Below are positions 9,491 through 24,975 of a stretch of 64,000 nt of DNA, one piece after another. Origin of the DNA: Octopus vulgaris (Eukaryota). A model generated the notes under the pieces. That model worked only from the letters and a program-made list of their open reading frames with translations. It made no database searches and was not told where the DNA came from. The number at the start of each line of letters is the position of its first letter. Positions within the stretch are counted from its first letter, which is position 1. Location: NCBI GenBank assembly GCA_951406725.2, contig OX597840.1, forward strand, positions 38,750,001-38,814,000. The letters are read 5' to 3'. The translations under genes and the position numbers were made by a program.

Positions 9491-11089
9491 GTTTTATATC
9501 CCTATTATTTAAGATTTGTTCCTCATGCCGTTACGTACAATATCCGGGTATTTTGCTGAATAAAAGAGTTATGGAGAAGTAAACTAACCAGCAATGATTC
9601 TTAGTGAAGGTTTTGTGAAACACACACACAGAAAACACATATACACATACTCTCACGCATACACAGAGATAGAGAGACACATAGACACACGCACACAAAC
9701 ACACACACACACAAACACACACACACACGTACAATATTTATAGATTTTTTAACCTGGTACTTCTTTGATTGGGTTCCGATAATGCTACAGTATTGAAGAC
9801 GCATCGACACAAGTTCGCAAGTGGTGATTGAGAGAAAAGTACCTCAAACAAAATTACTCATACACACGCACACATACAGGTAATTACCAGCTGCGTACTG
9901 GAGATGATGTAATCGACTGGTCCCCTTCCCCAAAATTTCCGGCCTTGTGCCTAGATTAGAATATAGAAAGCCACTTTATTTCACTTTACTCAAGTTCAGT
10001 CTACGGTAGAAATAAATTGCGACGTCACTGGTGCCCTTGGCTTTCAATTGGATATTATCATTGGGTGGTATGCATGGGTGACTGCTGATCTTCAATAAAA
10101 GCAAGCTTACACGGACCTGTGCGTCGAAGGGCAATGTTCAAAGTGCAGTCCCATGGTCATTCATTCATGACTGAAGGGGCTCTTTACACTTTAACCATTT
10201 ACATACACACCAATTTAATCTATCTATTTATCTATCTAACTACCTATCTATCTGTCTGTCTATTTGTCTCTCTGTCGATATGTATGTCTATCTGTCTCTC
10301 TGTCTCTCTGTCTCTCTGTCAGTCTCTCTCTATATATATATAGATAGATAGACAGATAGATAGATAGAGAGAGAGAGATAGATACATACATACATACATA
10401 TACGTATTACATATATATGTACATATATTCGTATATACATATATGCATACATATATACATACATGCAGAAATATATATATATATATTAAATGAAATAGAG
10501 AAATACCATATATATGGCTGGATTTATGTATGTATGTATATTAAACAGCAATAGCAGAGAAATATTATAAACTGCATATCCATGCATATACGCATGCATA
10601 CAAATATAAATGCATGTATTGTAAAAGAGAAGGTAAGGGAATGCATGTACGTGTGTGTGAGAGAGAGAGAGAGAGAGAGGGTGAGAAATCAAACATATAC
10701 GTAATATTATGGAACGAATTCTTCACCGTCACTGAGATATAACGAGAAAGGAATAATATTGATCTTATTAGAAAAAAATATATGCCACCACACCCCACCT
10801 CACACTCTTATGCTGAAAACGAAAACAAAAGTCTAAGACATAGAGGAAAAAAGAAAACACTATATTCAAAATATAGAATATGATTATGAACTGCAATGAA
10901 TCAATCAAACGTTCGAAAGAAAAGGAGAAACAAAAGAGAAAGGAAAAAAGAAATGAAAAGAAAAGACCTTGCTTGATATTACTGAAATTACTCGGACGGA
11001 ATATTGTAGCGAAAAAGGAATAGAAAAAAAGAAACGGTAGCGAAATATTGCAAAAGCAAGCAAATGAAGAAATTGTGTTGATATTATTT

Positions 11090-11510
11090 GGAAGAAGAAG
11101 AAGATGATGAATGAAGAAGAAGAAAAAGAAGAATACGATGACGACGAAGAAGAAGATGAAGAAAACGAAGAAGAAGAAGATGAAAAAAACGATGAAGAAG
11201 TGGAAGAAAACATGGAAGAAGTAGAAGTGAAAAGAAGAAGAAGAAGAAGAAGAAGAAAAAGAAGAAGAGGAAGAAAAAGAAGAAGAGGAAGAAAAAGAAG
11301 AAGAAGAAGAAGAAGAAGAAGAAAAAGAAGAAGAAGAGAAAAAGAAGAAGTAAAAAAGGAAGAAGGAGAAGAGAAGAAGAAAAAGAAGAAGAGAAGAAGA
11401 AGGAGGAGAAGAAGGAGAAGAAAACAACAACAACAACAAACAACAACAGCAACAACAAGAAAAAGAACAAGAAGAACAACAACCAGAAGAACAAAAAGAA
11501 GAACCAACTG
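11090..11510. repeat. Degenerate (GAA)n polypurine tract
   Basis: Read directly from the sequence. Confidence 0.95.
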
Positions 11511-12083
11511 AAGGCAAGATACTATTCAGATGAAGGAATAAGAAAAATGAAGAAGCCGAAGAAAGAAATATCGGCCAAGATGATTGAAATAAATCATTTT
11601 CACTTCTTAATTTCTTCCACTTTCAATTCGAAATAGTTGTTGTTAAGAGGAAAATTAAAATGGCTGTTATGAAAGTTATATGTCATATATTTCCTCTTGG
11701 CAAAAACATTCGATTAAATGAGAAAAAATAAAGGGAGAAGCAAATTGTGGATAAGAAAATGAAAGAAAATGCTAAAAAGGGGGGAAAAAACCGTGTAGGA
11801 ATCCTACCTAACACTAAAAGATCAGAAAAATATTAATAGTTCAGTTCAGCAAAACAATTTATTTACTTCATCCGCATCAACTTGTTCGGTTTATCAGTTA
11901 CGCTGTGTTCTATTGCATCTTTTTTTTTTAATTTTCTTTTCTTAGTATATCCCTTTCTTCTGTACTTCTTCTAACGATCAGGGATAATTATACATTTTCG
12001 GGCATTCATATATACCTACACATAACATACACGAAAAACTGAAGTCAATATACATATATGTGTGAGTGTGTGTGTCTGTGTGT

Positions 12084-12119
<36 letters not shown>

Positions 12120-12719
12120 TCGCGCGTGTGTGTGTTCAATTCCTGACGCAAAGGCACCGTGCTTGGCCCCGCATAAATGGCATGGCATGCACGAAGAAAT
12201 TTTACGCCGAATTCTTACATAGCACACAGCTCGACTTTCAAATCAAATTTCTATCTCCTACCATGTAAAAAATAATATACACGCGGCATATGGTGTCGCT
12301 GTGTGATGAGAAGCTTGCTTCCCTACCACATGGTTCCGGGTTCCGTTCCACTCCGTGACCAAGGCCTTATGAGTAGATTTGGTAGGCGGAAATTGAAAGA
12401 AGCTGGCTAACCAAAACCGTATGTAGTTTTATGCTGCACAATTTTATAGCGCTACGCGATCAGGTCACAAGCATAATACATCCTACATAGTTAGGAAACG
12501 AAGGTACAGCAACCACAGACTCACAGAAAGTAAAAAACATTAGAGATTAAAATGTGTAATGACTCATCATTCCATGTACCAATTACCAAGATAACAACTG
12601 TTATAAACCCAAATTGAAATATCAAAGTTTGAAAGGGTTTAATGAACTTATAATGGATGGAAAGTTTTACGATATCGGGAGAATATCGCCTTCTTTCATT
12701 ATCTCTTTTTGTTCTCTCG

Positions 12720-13145
12720 TGTAGATCAAGTTCCGTCAGGCGAAGAGAGAAGACTTCAAGTACAAATGAAATTTACAACTGGTTTTATTTACAAGTTTCA
12801 CAAGATAGGTGAAGTGTGCTACACTCAGCAACCATCTTTAGCTGTGTGCGTTATGTAGTAGCTTCGTTAGTGCGGGCACATTGCCTCTGGAGGTACAACA
12901 TATAGACAGGCGCAGCATTTGAAGTGCGCTCAGCAAGTGCTGCTGCTCAGAGGCGGAAGGAAGTGGCGGTAAAAGAGGAAGTATCTCAATCTGTTTTGGT
13001 CTTATGTACAGTTTGCCATCGCGAGCCTCGTTGTGATCCCGCGTATGGCAAATGGATGCAGATGAGGTCTGGCTCCAATCTCGGAGATGGCAATGGCTGC
13101 CGCGAGAACTCATCCAATATGGCGCTGACTGCTTGTGCCACTACA
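12720..13145 (-). mobile_element. Possible solo LTR
   Basis: GC-richer 426-bp block bounded by TGTAG...CTACA inverted termini, with AATAAA on the minus strand near 12785. No TSD recognised. Confidence 0.4.
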
Positions 13146-14151
13146 AACTAAAACTGCAGTAATCTACAATACAAACAAATATTGTTAAATTATATGCAAA
13201 ATCAAACTTCAACGTAACAACAGTTTTATGCAGCGAGTTTCTTCAATCTCGACTAACTAAAAACTAACACTGGACACGTTGTGCCGTAAATAGAACAGAA
13301 CTCTGCGCAGTCGCACCGCAGGTAAATAACAGCAATGGAGACAATCAAAGTCACGTTATCAAAACTAAAATCACACCAGAAAAAAAGTGTAAACAATTTG
13401 AAGGATGGCTGCGTAGGCCGTTCTGGATAAGCGACCAAGAAGTGATGCTTGCTCTGCAGGAGACATTTGTTCTTAGGTTTGGAGAATTGTTCTCTGTTGT
13501 GCTCTCTGCACAGTGTCAAACTATTAACGGAGAATATGAAGCGATACAACATTTTTGCACAAAGCTAATTGCCTGTGTGCATTAAATGAATTCCTAGAAT
13601 AGGTTGATAAAACTAGATTTTATACTTCGAGATGGAGACACAGATTTATTTAGCAATCTGTATGTGGGAAATTTTTGAAGGGTTGGAAACTAACTTTGGC
13701 ATCAATACTTAAGCAAATACCATTTTAGACACCACAGCATAGTAAAAAAAGAAGACATAGGTATTGCAATTACGTGGCATTTAAATGCCTACTTCTATTC
13801 AGTGCACTCCCAAAATAATTAAGAAACCTAGACAATGTGGTTAATCATGTCTTGAAAAAAAATTATACATTCTGCTCTCTACTATATCAGAATAACCGAC
13901 GTTCCAGGAAGAGGTCCAGCCAAAGGCAGCGGTGTCAGATTCTCTCCTGAACCAGAAAAGCCAAGAACCAGGATATCCCACCAACCAAAACAAATCAACC
14001 AGATAAGTGGTGTGTGGAAAGCTTACAGAGTTGCTTTCGTAGTCAAGCATGAACTCCAGCAAGTCCTCGTGGCTTAAAATGTTTTAAAGAAATGAATGCA
14101 AAAATCAATCACTTTAATACTGATACATATATTTATAAATTACATATGTGT

Positions 14152-14223
<72 letters not shown>

Positions 14224-14836
14224 ACATATATAAATGTTTGTCCCTTGGTACAAGCATTTGCAAGGAACCGTGGAAAATACTTTATAACGTTGTACGCAAA
14301 AGAAACCTCGCGCTGGAAACACTAGTTGAAACGATGCAATTTTTTACTAAAATCCCAGACACAACTCGAAGAATAACCATGGGAGATTTGCTATTCGCAA
14401 AATACAAACAGTTCTCCAATAAGCAAATATATAAAAACTGAAAAAAGAAAATAAAGAAAAAAAACATCATATCAGGAAATCAACCAGAAGTTAACATTGT
14501 GTGATTTTCAATTTGGTGTTGACGATATATTGAGTTTTGTGTTTGCATCTTATTGAAAACGTCATGTAAGAACCAATAGCGTCATTAGTTTGTTTGAAAG
14601 ATAGGACAGTGAAGATCTCGAAGTGTAAATAGAATTAAGTATTTAACAAAGCTATTATTCCAGTATAAACAGAAACGGGCGGCCAGGAATAATGAAGTGT
14701 ACTTGGCCAAAAACAAACTACAGCATAGTAATGTTTTCAGTGTAGCATATGCCGAAGACAAACAGCTTCGTATTTCCTGCGCGCCTGTAAACACATACAC
14801 TCCTATACATATGTAGCTATGTATGTGAGAGTGTAA

Positions 14837-14899
<63 letters not shown>

Positions 14900-14964
14900 G
14901 AGAGAGAGGGAGAGAGATGAAACTTACTTAGAAATGGATGCGTGGCTTTCCGTCATATAATAAC

Positions 14965-15214
14965 AGAATAATAAATACAATATATGCATATATACATACA
15001 TATATGTACGTACCTACCTCTACATGTATATCTACATGCATATATGGGTACAGGACACCAAAAAACGTCGAACACAATGAGAAACGAAAACATAAACACA
15101 AAACCAAGGAAATGGACATTTTTCTTAAACAATGAAAAAATAAAGTACAAGACATACAACAAAAGGAAAATTCCCCTTCTTCAGCCGCCTCTGTTCCATC
15201 TACTCCGCGTTTCG

Positions 15215-15220
<6 letters not shown>
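14965..15220. repeat. (TA)n-associated interspersed repeat family Y
   Basis: The block GTACGTACCTACCTCTACATG...ACGTCGAACACAATGAGAAACGAAAAC...GGACATTTTTCTTAAAC recurs at 16080-16320, 53815-54115 and, inverted, at 59288-59445. Confidence 0.85.
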
Positions 15221-15261
<41 letters not shown>

Positions 15262-16046
15262 TTCTCTTTAACTTACGGCCTATGCAACTTACAACTCTAT
15301 GCACTTAAGACAAAAGAAAATAAGGAAATATATAAAATACAAATAAAAATAATGGTTTTCAAACTTTGGGCGGTTGCAGGTAGGATAACTATGGCAGCAT
15401 CTGGCAATGCAGGCCTTCCTCAGACCCATAGAACCTACTGCTTGCCACTGTCTCTCACTCTCTCGCTTTCCGCCATTAGTTATGTTTGAACTCAAATAGC
15501 GTTTAAAAATATAAATGCGACATACGACTAAATCGACTTGCGACCAGCCAGTCGTCGGAAGGGTACTCGGTCGTAAGTCGAGGAGAATATATACCTTGAG
15601 CGGTTAGATGAGTGACTACTGATGTACGAGTAAGTGCTCCACGTAGATTATCATTTTCCAGTCAGGTTGCAGAATAGGAATTAGTTGAAATGTGTACGTA
15701 GCAACGAATCTAGTTATGATGTACGTTTCCGCTTTTGTGTTGGTGTGTATATGCATGGCCCAGTTTACAAATAAATCTTTAACGGCTCGTAATGTAATAT
15801 ATGTATGTGTGTGTTTGCGTGTGTGTGAGTGTGAGTGTGTAGGTATGTATGCATGTGAATGTAAGTATGTATGTACGTGTGCATGTATGTATGTGCGTAT
15901 GTAAGTGCGTATCTTAAAGATTACAGGTAATCCACACACTCCCCCCATCGTGTCTTCCCATTGTTATAGGAAGATTACAAATGTTGAGATATTTGGTAAA
16001 TCTAGAAGAAGCGAAAAGTGGAGTATAAACGTAGAGTAGATCCGGA

Positions 16047-16079
<33 letters not shown>

Positions 16080-16082
<3 letters not shown>

Positions 16083-16320
16083 AATTAATAAATAAATAAA
16101 ACATATGCATATATATACATACATATATGTACGTACCTACATCTATATGTATATATACACGCATATATGGGTAAAGGACACAAAAAAAAAACGTCGAACA
16201 CAATGAGAAACGAAAACAAAAACACAAAACCAAGGAAATGGACATTTTTCTTAAACAACGAAAAAATAGAGTACAGGGCATACAAAAAACAGGAAAATTC
16301 CTCTTCTTCAGTCGCCTATC
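16080..16320. repeat. Repeat family Y copy
   Basis: Matches 14965-15220 and starts directly after (TA)n. Confidence 0.85.
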
Positions 16321-16504
16321 TTGGAGCTAACACATTTTGGTTGGCACCCAAAGTTAGACATCAAAGATTGTGATGTAAAATTTTGTTACGATCCACGAAG
16401 TAAAGACAAAGAAGAGAACATAGAAAACAACTGACGGACATAATTGTAGTACACTCAAACACACATGGATACACACACACACACACACACACATACACAC
16501 ACAC

Positions 16505-16560
<56 letters not shown>

Positions 16561-16565
<5 letters not shown>

Positions 16566-16770
16566 ATCCAAACAAGAAAGCACAAAAAACACAACAATGC
16601 GAGGATGTGGAACAAATATAGTATTATTGGACACTCAGGAAAGAAGGAAAGAAGGAGGGTTTAACGTTTCGAGCGGAGCTCTTCGTCCGAAACATAGGAA
16701 AAGGAAAGATCCAGAGAAGGGAAGACAGAGGTAAAAAATCGCCAACGGTACACACGCGGTCACATTTTGA
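16561..16770 (-). mobile_element. (TA)n-associated short repeat family X with minimal hammerhead-like motif (16659-16693)
   Basis: Reverse-complement match to 28745-28952 and 56910-57067. Motif GTTT-CGGACGA-A-GAGC(tcc)GCTC-GAAAC-GTTA-AAC. Confidence 0.7.
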
Positions 16771-16869
16771 ATGTGCATTTTGAATATATATATATTTATT
16801 TAAGGTTCATTTGAATTAATTACTTGAACTGAGGAACCTTGCCAGTTCAGTTTTGTCCACACAGCTTTA

Positions 16870-17085
16870 CTTCTATCCTTCAGAAAATCATTCACCCATT
16901 TCGCCGACTATGCCGAGATCACGCAGTTTGTGACATATTATTCCGTGATGGACTTTACCGAAAACCATTGCAAAATCGAGAAATATCACATCCACATTTG
17001 AGTGTTTGAGCAGCTGTTTCAACACCCAGTCATACTGTTCTAAGACCTGAGTCAGTCAGCTTCTTCCTGATCGGAAACCATTTAT
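16870..17085 (-). mobile_element. CR1/L2-like LINE RT fragment
   Basis: Minus strand reads GFRSGRS...YDWVLKQLLKHSNVDVIFLDFAMVFGKVHHGIICHKLRDLGIVG, resembling the GFR.GRS / VDVIYLDF.KAFDKV.H motifs of LINE RTs. Confidence 0.75.
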
Positions 17086-17435
17086 ATATATAAATGTGTA
17101 TACCTGTGACTAATTATGTTTTCAAACATTGCTATTTATCTGGGTTAATTTTTTTCTCTCTCTTTAAATTCTACGATGAATGACAAAGTAGATAAAATGT
17201 ATGAAGCTATGTTCGTGTCAATTATTTACGTTTCAGAATAGAAAGAATGGAAGAAACCAAAATTTAGATGTTTTCTTATTTAGACATTCAAATATTAATA
17301 ATTAAGCATTTGTACATCCTACTAGAAACATTCTCAATAGCAGTACATCCGCATAGAGAGATATTTATATGCGTGAACATATGTATATGTGTGAATATAT
17401 GCGTGTGTACGTATACGTATATACGAGTGTGTATG

Positions 17436-17968
<533 letters not shown>

Positions 17969-18065
17969 TTTCACATACATATGTATATATAAATATATAT
18001 TTCTGTATATATATATCAAATATACAGTTGCACACAGATATACATACAAAAGCGCGCGCATGTAC

Positions 18066-18096
<31 letters not shown>

Positions 18097-18114
18097 TGTA
18101 TGTATGTATGTATG

Positions 18115-18168
<54 letters not shown>

Positions 18169-18302
18169 TGTGATTCTATGTGTAGGTATATATATATATA
18201 TATAAATCGATAAATATATATATATGTGTGTGTGTATGTATGTATGAATTACACACACACAAACACAAAATCGCACATACACACAGACACACTCACACAC
18301 AT

Positions 18303-18376
<74 letters not shown>

Positions 18377-18518
18377 AGTACACACACATGGATAAGCAGG
18401 CAATGCATAGATCCATTGAACACATGTATGTATGTCTGCGTGTTTGTTAATGTGTGTGAGCGTGTATAACAAGCATACTCAAAGCTTCTGTGCATATACA
18501 CAGGATCTAATATATATG

Positions 18519-18573
<55 letters not shown>

Positions 18574-18894
18574 GTTTAAACACACATACATACATACAAA
18601 CTTATAGATATGCAAACGTTACTATAAATTTCTCGTATCTGTGTTTCAAAGTACAAAAGTACACATGGTTATACGTGCAAGGAAGTGTTTTTCAAGCAGG
18701 AATAGGGTGAAATTTAAAGTTACTCCGTTGAACAAGAATAAAAGAGAAAATGTAATAAAGAATCTAAGAAATTCTGACTTTATTCGACATCTTATGAGTT
18801 GAATAATTAATAAGCAACAACTAGTAAAATTGAAAGGGACAAAAAACCGCTGAAAATGCATCACTATTTGATAGAAATTTATAAAAGTACAAAC

Positions 18895-18927
<33 letters not shown>

Positions 18928-18944
18928 CTTAGTGTAAAGTGAGA

Positions 18945-18985
<41 letters not shown>

Positions 18986-19083
18986 ATGTAATTTTTAAGT
19001 ATGCATATATTTGTGTGTAAGTATAAACATATGTGTATACATTCGAGCAGAGTAGAGTGAGGTATTTGGGGTGACGTATTTAG

Positions 19084-19125
<42 letters not shown>

Positions 19126-19310
19126 CAGACATACAGACAGACAGAGAGGGGGAGAGAGAGAGAGATGTAACGGAAACGATGCAGAAAATAAGAAGTCGGT
19201 TACTAGTTTCGATGTGGTAGTATTCCTTACTAATAGTGTATATCGAAATCTATGTATGTCTATCTACGTGTATTACTCCCTATCTGTCTGTTACACACAC
19301 ACACACACAC

Positions 19311-19350
<40 letters not shown>

Positions 19351-19561
19351 GTATATATATATATGCATATATATACATGTATATTGTATATGTATATGTC
19401 TGTATTAATTTGTGCACATAGCTACACACAGACAAACGTACATAGATAATTACACACAGACACAAATATGCGCACGCATACACACACACACACGCATATA
19501 TCTGAATGCGCGTGTATATATGTGTGATCTAATAGCATTTTTATTCGTCATATTACTAAAA

Positions 19562-19617
<56 letters not shown>

Positions 19618-19674
19618 GTATGTATGTGTATATATATATATGTATATATGTATGTATATGTATATGTATATATG

Positions 19675-19745
<71 letters not shown>

Positions 19746-19829
19746 ATGTATGTGTCTTTGTTTGATTGTGTGTGAGTATGTTTTGTGTACGCAATCATAC
19801 ATATATTTCAGACTAGATGCACTCTATAA

Positions 19830-19868
<39 letters not shown>

Positions 19869-20810
19869 CATATATATATATACATATACGTAAATATATA
19901 TGTATATATATATGTACATATACGTGTGTGTATTCGTAATATTCTATGCATATCTGTTATTTCAGTTTCTTTTAGTATTATTTTTCTTTAGACGAAGCTT
20001 AGAAAATACTTTCCGTCATTTCTTTGCAACGCTGCTTTTAAGACAATTTGTTCTTCAAGCAAGTGAATATGATATTTAATCAATTCTTTTCTTCCTTTTC
20101 CAATGCATTTGCCATACTGCCAAATATTGGTGGAATCTAAGAAGATTACGAGTGTGTAGTCTTCATCAGAACATGATGGATGCGTTTTCTATAGCCACCA
20201 TCTCCATTACGAGATGGAAATTATATTAATGTTCTAGCTACGATGAATTGATGTATTTTGAGCGGTGTCCCCTGTGTATGGGTCAGCATGCTAGTTAATG
20301 TCGATGTTTATTGCGAGATGCATAATGTATGGAATATAGAATTCTTTTAGTACTATTGTTAACCCTTAAAACATCACTTTAATTGCTGCTGTTATCATAC
20401 AGTTCCCTTGGTCCCTTTATTTCCAAAACTAATAAAGCCAGGCCTCATCTCCCGCGGACGTATTTGTTTTTATGGTTTGTTCGTTTCGTTTGATGTGACA
20501 ATTTTTTAGGTAAAGGTTTTCCTACAAATGTTAATAGAATTGGGTAACTAAAATTGTTATATTCCCGAAATAGTTGAAAATCATATGTAAATATTACGTA
20601 GTCTGTAATATCAGAAAGGTCAGGAATGTTAAGCGTGTTGTTAAGAATTACATTTTAAGAACCGAGTGTCACACGCCTCCATTTGCCGTGGCACTGTTTT
20701 GAGAAATACTTTTCTGCTGTAGCCTCGAGTTGCCTAGTAAATTGCGAATAGAATTTAATTAAGAGAAGCTGTGCAAATGCCCATCTTATTCACACATCTA
20801 AAACATATAC

Positions 20811-20868
<58 letters not shown>

Positions 20869-21208
20869 ATATACATATGTATGTATATATATATATATAT
20901 GTATATGTTTGTGTGTGTGTGTGCGCGCGCACATATATATAAATATACATTACTATACACATTTACATACACCTTTGCATATATGATTTTGTTTTAACGT
21001 CAAGTCATATGTAAAAACAATTTCCCATTTTACTAAAGAATTATTCAGTAGCGGAGTATTTGTGCGTGTGCATGTGCTTGTGTGTGCGTGCACGCGTGTA
21101 CGTGTCTCTGTGTACGTGTCTGCGTGTGTGTGTGTGCTTATATGCGCTACACACACAAACACACACATATATATATATATATATCCATATACATATGAAT
21201 CTATATAG

Positions 21209-21246
<38 letters not shown>

Positions 21247-21856
21247 GTTTATACATATATATATACTTGTATATGCCTGTATTAATTTGTACACATAACT
21301 ATACATGTGTGTGCGTGTGTGTATGTCTGTGCGATTTTGCCAAAGCGTGTATGTATTCGAAAGCAAATCGTTGCGAGAAGTTACGTCATTTTATGCCAAG
21401 AGTCTAAAAGATAATACCATTCGGTATATTGAACGTTGAAAATAAGTAGCAGAGTGGAATGTTAAGTCCGGATGTTAATATGATTGAGCAAATCCTTTCA
21501 CAGCGTAAACCGGTATGATTAAAGTACACCGTCTGATAGTCATAAAAGTAGTAGGAAAGTAGTTTAATAAGCGATTTTCATAAATGACCTGTCGTAGCGG
21601 AGTCACAAAAACAAATCCGCAGAGATTTGCTGAATATTTGAAATGCTTTAATAATATTGTTCAAAACATGGCTAAGTTATTTATAATAAGGTTTTTGCGG
21701 TTAAACCACAACGGAAGACACGACTTAAAAGAAAGAACTTTAGACTTGCAAGAAATAGCAGACAAATGTCCCTTAGAATAGATACCATATTCCTTAATAA
21801 AGGAAGCATAAATTTATTACTTGACTAATTGTGGAACAGTATGAGGCCAGGTATAA

Positions 21857-22410
21857 GGGGACGAGCTGGCAGGAATGTTAGCACGCCGGGCGAAATGCGT
21901 AGCCATATTTCGTCTGCAATTACGTTCTGAGTTCAAATTCCTCCGAGGTCGACTTTGCCTTTCATCCTTTCGGGGTCGATAAATTGAGTACCAGTTACGC
22001 ACTGGGGTCGATGTAATCGACTTAATACCTATGTCTGTCCTTGTTTGTCCTCTCTGTGTTTATCCCCTTGTGGGTAGTAAAGAAATAGGTATTTCGTCTG
22101 CCGCTGCGTTCTGAGTTCAAATTCCGTCGAGGTCGACTTTGCCTTTCATCCTTTCGGAGTCGATAAATTGAGTACCAGTTACGCACTGGGGTCGATGTAA
22201 TCGACTTAATCCCTTTGTCTATCCTTGTTTGTCCACTCTATCTTTAGCCCCTTGTGGGCAATAAAGAAATAAGAAACGTTAGCACGCCGAGCGAAATGCG
22301 TAGCCATATTTCGTCTACCGTTACGTTCTGAGTTCAAATTCTGCCGAGTTCGACTTTGCCTTTCATCCTTTCGGGGTCGATAAATTAAGTACCAGTTATG
22401 CACTGGTAAC
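21857..22410 (+). mobile_element. Trimeric type-A SINE array (third unit truncated)
   Basis: Same units and same inter-unit junctions as 1103-1672. Confidence 0.9.
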
Positions 22411-23834
22411 TGGTACTTAATTTATCTAAGGCTTTCGTCGACCGTGGCTTTTTTGGCTGACTCATGGCCGAGGTGCTGCGCAGTAGTACTAAACCTGTAA
22501 CGAAACAGGTGAGAACCAAACTCCTACGCTAGCGCCTAGGATGAATATATTTTATTCCACCTGTAATTTGTTACTCTTCAGCATGCGAGATTATTAATTT
22601 TGACTTTCATCCTTACGGTGCGGCAAAAATCAAATACGAGACACATAACGAATTAAATACGATCGCTTCTGCCATTTCCTATGTTTCTGAATCAATGCCA
22701 TTAATCAATGGAAATATACAGGCAATGATTTGTCGTAGATCAACATCAAACTCCTGTGGAATCAGGACTGGATTATTTTCTGCAGATAAAAGCAACATTA
22801 TCTGAAATATATAGAACCGGATTCATCTAGGTATTATTTGGGGATTTTTATATGCCATAAATTTGTAAATGTTCCATTGGAAATCTCGTCTCACAGCAAT
22901 GTTTATATATAGGATGGATGGGAGGGTATCTGTAGGATTTTGGGTATTGCGATGTTGTTATGGGTGGAATGTGAAGGAATATAGCTCTTAATACATTATC
23001 AGTCACAAGTTGAGCTGTTTGTAATTAATCATTTGTGAGAGATATGGATGTGCTAGGAAAGTTGGCGTACACGTAGTTGTTGAAAGTCTCCAGCGAGGCA
23101 CCTGGGTGGCCATGTGGGATCATGGATGCAAGAGATATCGCTTTGTGTAACAAGGGCGTGTGCTATAAGACACAATAAGGCAGTGTTTGGAAGTACAACG
23201 AGTGGTAGGGGAAAGGAATTCCTACTTGTCTTCGTTTTTCCTCATGTGAGTGTAGCAAAAATTTATTATGTGTCTTTGGGGCAGACAGAAATGTGTGTAA
23301 GGCATGGCATAAATTAATTTGGATAGCTTAAGATTGCCAACGAAAGGTTTTCTTACTGATACAATAAGTATGAAAAAATTAAGAGTCAATAAGGGTGTGA
23401 CAGATACCCTTGGTGCCAAACGAAATGCGATTTAATTGTAGACTGTAGTTCGTTGCATTAATTTGGTTTTTTGAAGAGATAGCTGTATTAAAAAGGTACT
23501 GAGTGTAAAAGTTAAGCCAGTGCAAATGGACTTTTTTTCACCCAGTGTCAAGGTGAGAGAGGTGAGTGTTGAGGCGGGGTATGTATAGAGTCAACATTTT
23601 GAAGTTTAACTACATGGTGCACCCCAGGCATAAAGAATATCCATCTTCCGAGTGGAAGGCATCTGCGGTTTGCATGTTAGATAAAAAAATAAAACGATAC
23701 CTGACAGGTAACAAATCCAGAAAAGAAAATATTTGTAAGATTTGAAATCGTAACCTAAGGTGATGCAAGGTTGCACTTTGTTGTTTTGTGTTTCAAACAA
23801 CTTGATAATGAAAGTGACAACGGTTTCAAATTTT

Positions 23835-24236
23835 GGCACAGGGCCAGCAATTTGGGGGAAGGGTGTAAATATATTACATCGCCCTAGATTTCAACGGATA
23901 CCTATTTTATCGACCGGGAAAGAATGACAGTCGAAGTTGACCTCCTGGAATTTGAACTCAGAACGTAAGAATGGACAGAAGTATTCTGTCCGGCGTGCCA
24001 TCTATTGTGACAGTTCGTCGCCTTAATAATACTTTCTACCATAGGAACAAGGTCTGAAATTTGGGGGCGGGGACTACTCGATTACCTTGACCCCAGTGTT
24101 TCACGGGTACTTAATTCGTCAGGATGTAGCGGCAGGCGAAATACCATTAAACATTTCGCCCGGCTTGCTTGCGATTCTTATTTCTTGTGAGTGAATTTGG
24201 TAGACAGAAACTGAAAAAAAGCCCGTCGTATATATG

Positions 24237-24269
<33 letters not shown>

Positions 24270-24975
24270 ATATGTTTGTGTGTCGTGTTTGTCCCCCCAA
24301 CATCGCTTGACAACCGATGCTGGTGTGTTTACGTCCCCTTAACTTAGCGGTTCGGCTAATAAGTACTAGGCTTACAGAGAATAAGTCCTGGGTTCGATTT
24401 GCTCGACTAAAGGCGGTACTCCAGCATGGCCACAGTCAAATTACTGAAACAAATAAAAGAGAACCCGAAAGGTCAAACGGTAAAGTCTACCTTGGTGGAA
24501 TTTGAACTCAGCCCCTAAAGACAGGCGAAACGTCACTAAACATAGGCGCAGGAGTGGCTGTGTGGTAAATAGCATGTTTACCAACCGCATGGGTCCGGGT
24601 TCAGTCCCACTGCGTGGCACCTTGGCAGAGTGTCTTCTACTCTAGCCTCGGGCCGACCAAAGCCTTGTGAGTGGATTTAGTCGATGGAAACTGAAAGAAG
24701 CCCTACGTATATATGTATATATATATATATATGCGTGTGTGTGTTTGTGTGTCTGTGTTTGTCCCCCTAGCATTGCTTGACAACCGATGCTGGTGTATTT
24801 ATGTCCCCGTTACTTAGCGGTTTGGCAAAACTGACCGATAGAATAACTTAGCGGTTTGGCAAAACAGACAAAAGAATAAGTCCCGGGGTCGAGTTGATCG
24901 ATTAAAGGCGGTGCTCCAGCATGGACGCAGTCAAATGACTGAAACAAGTAAAAGAGTAAAAGAGTAAAAGAGTAA
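23835..24975. mobile_element. Nested SINE cluster: type-A (-) fragments, a partial type-B copy at 24185-24460 and a full type-B copy at 24543-24975 (+)
   Basis: Direct sequence match to the other copies. The 24543 copy has an uninterrupted head (empty target site). Confidence 0.85.

Noticed and set aside
10768-11517. Poly-E/R/K, poly-S and poly-F ORFs
   Set aside because: All frames stay open because of the (GAA)n tract. There is no domain or splice evidence.
22560-23700. Possible old retroelement coding remnant (also 58130-58560)
   Set aside because: The composition is suggestive, but I could not read a convincing protein motif.
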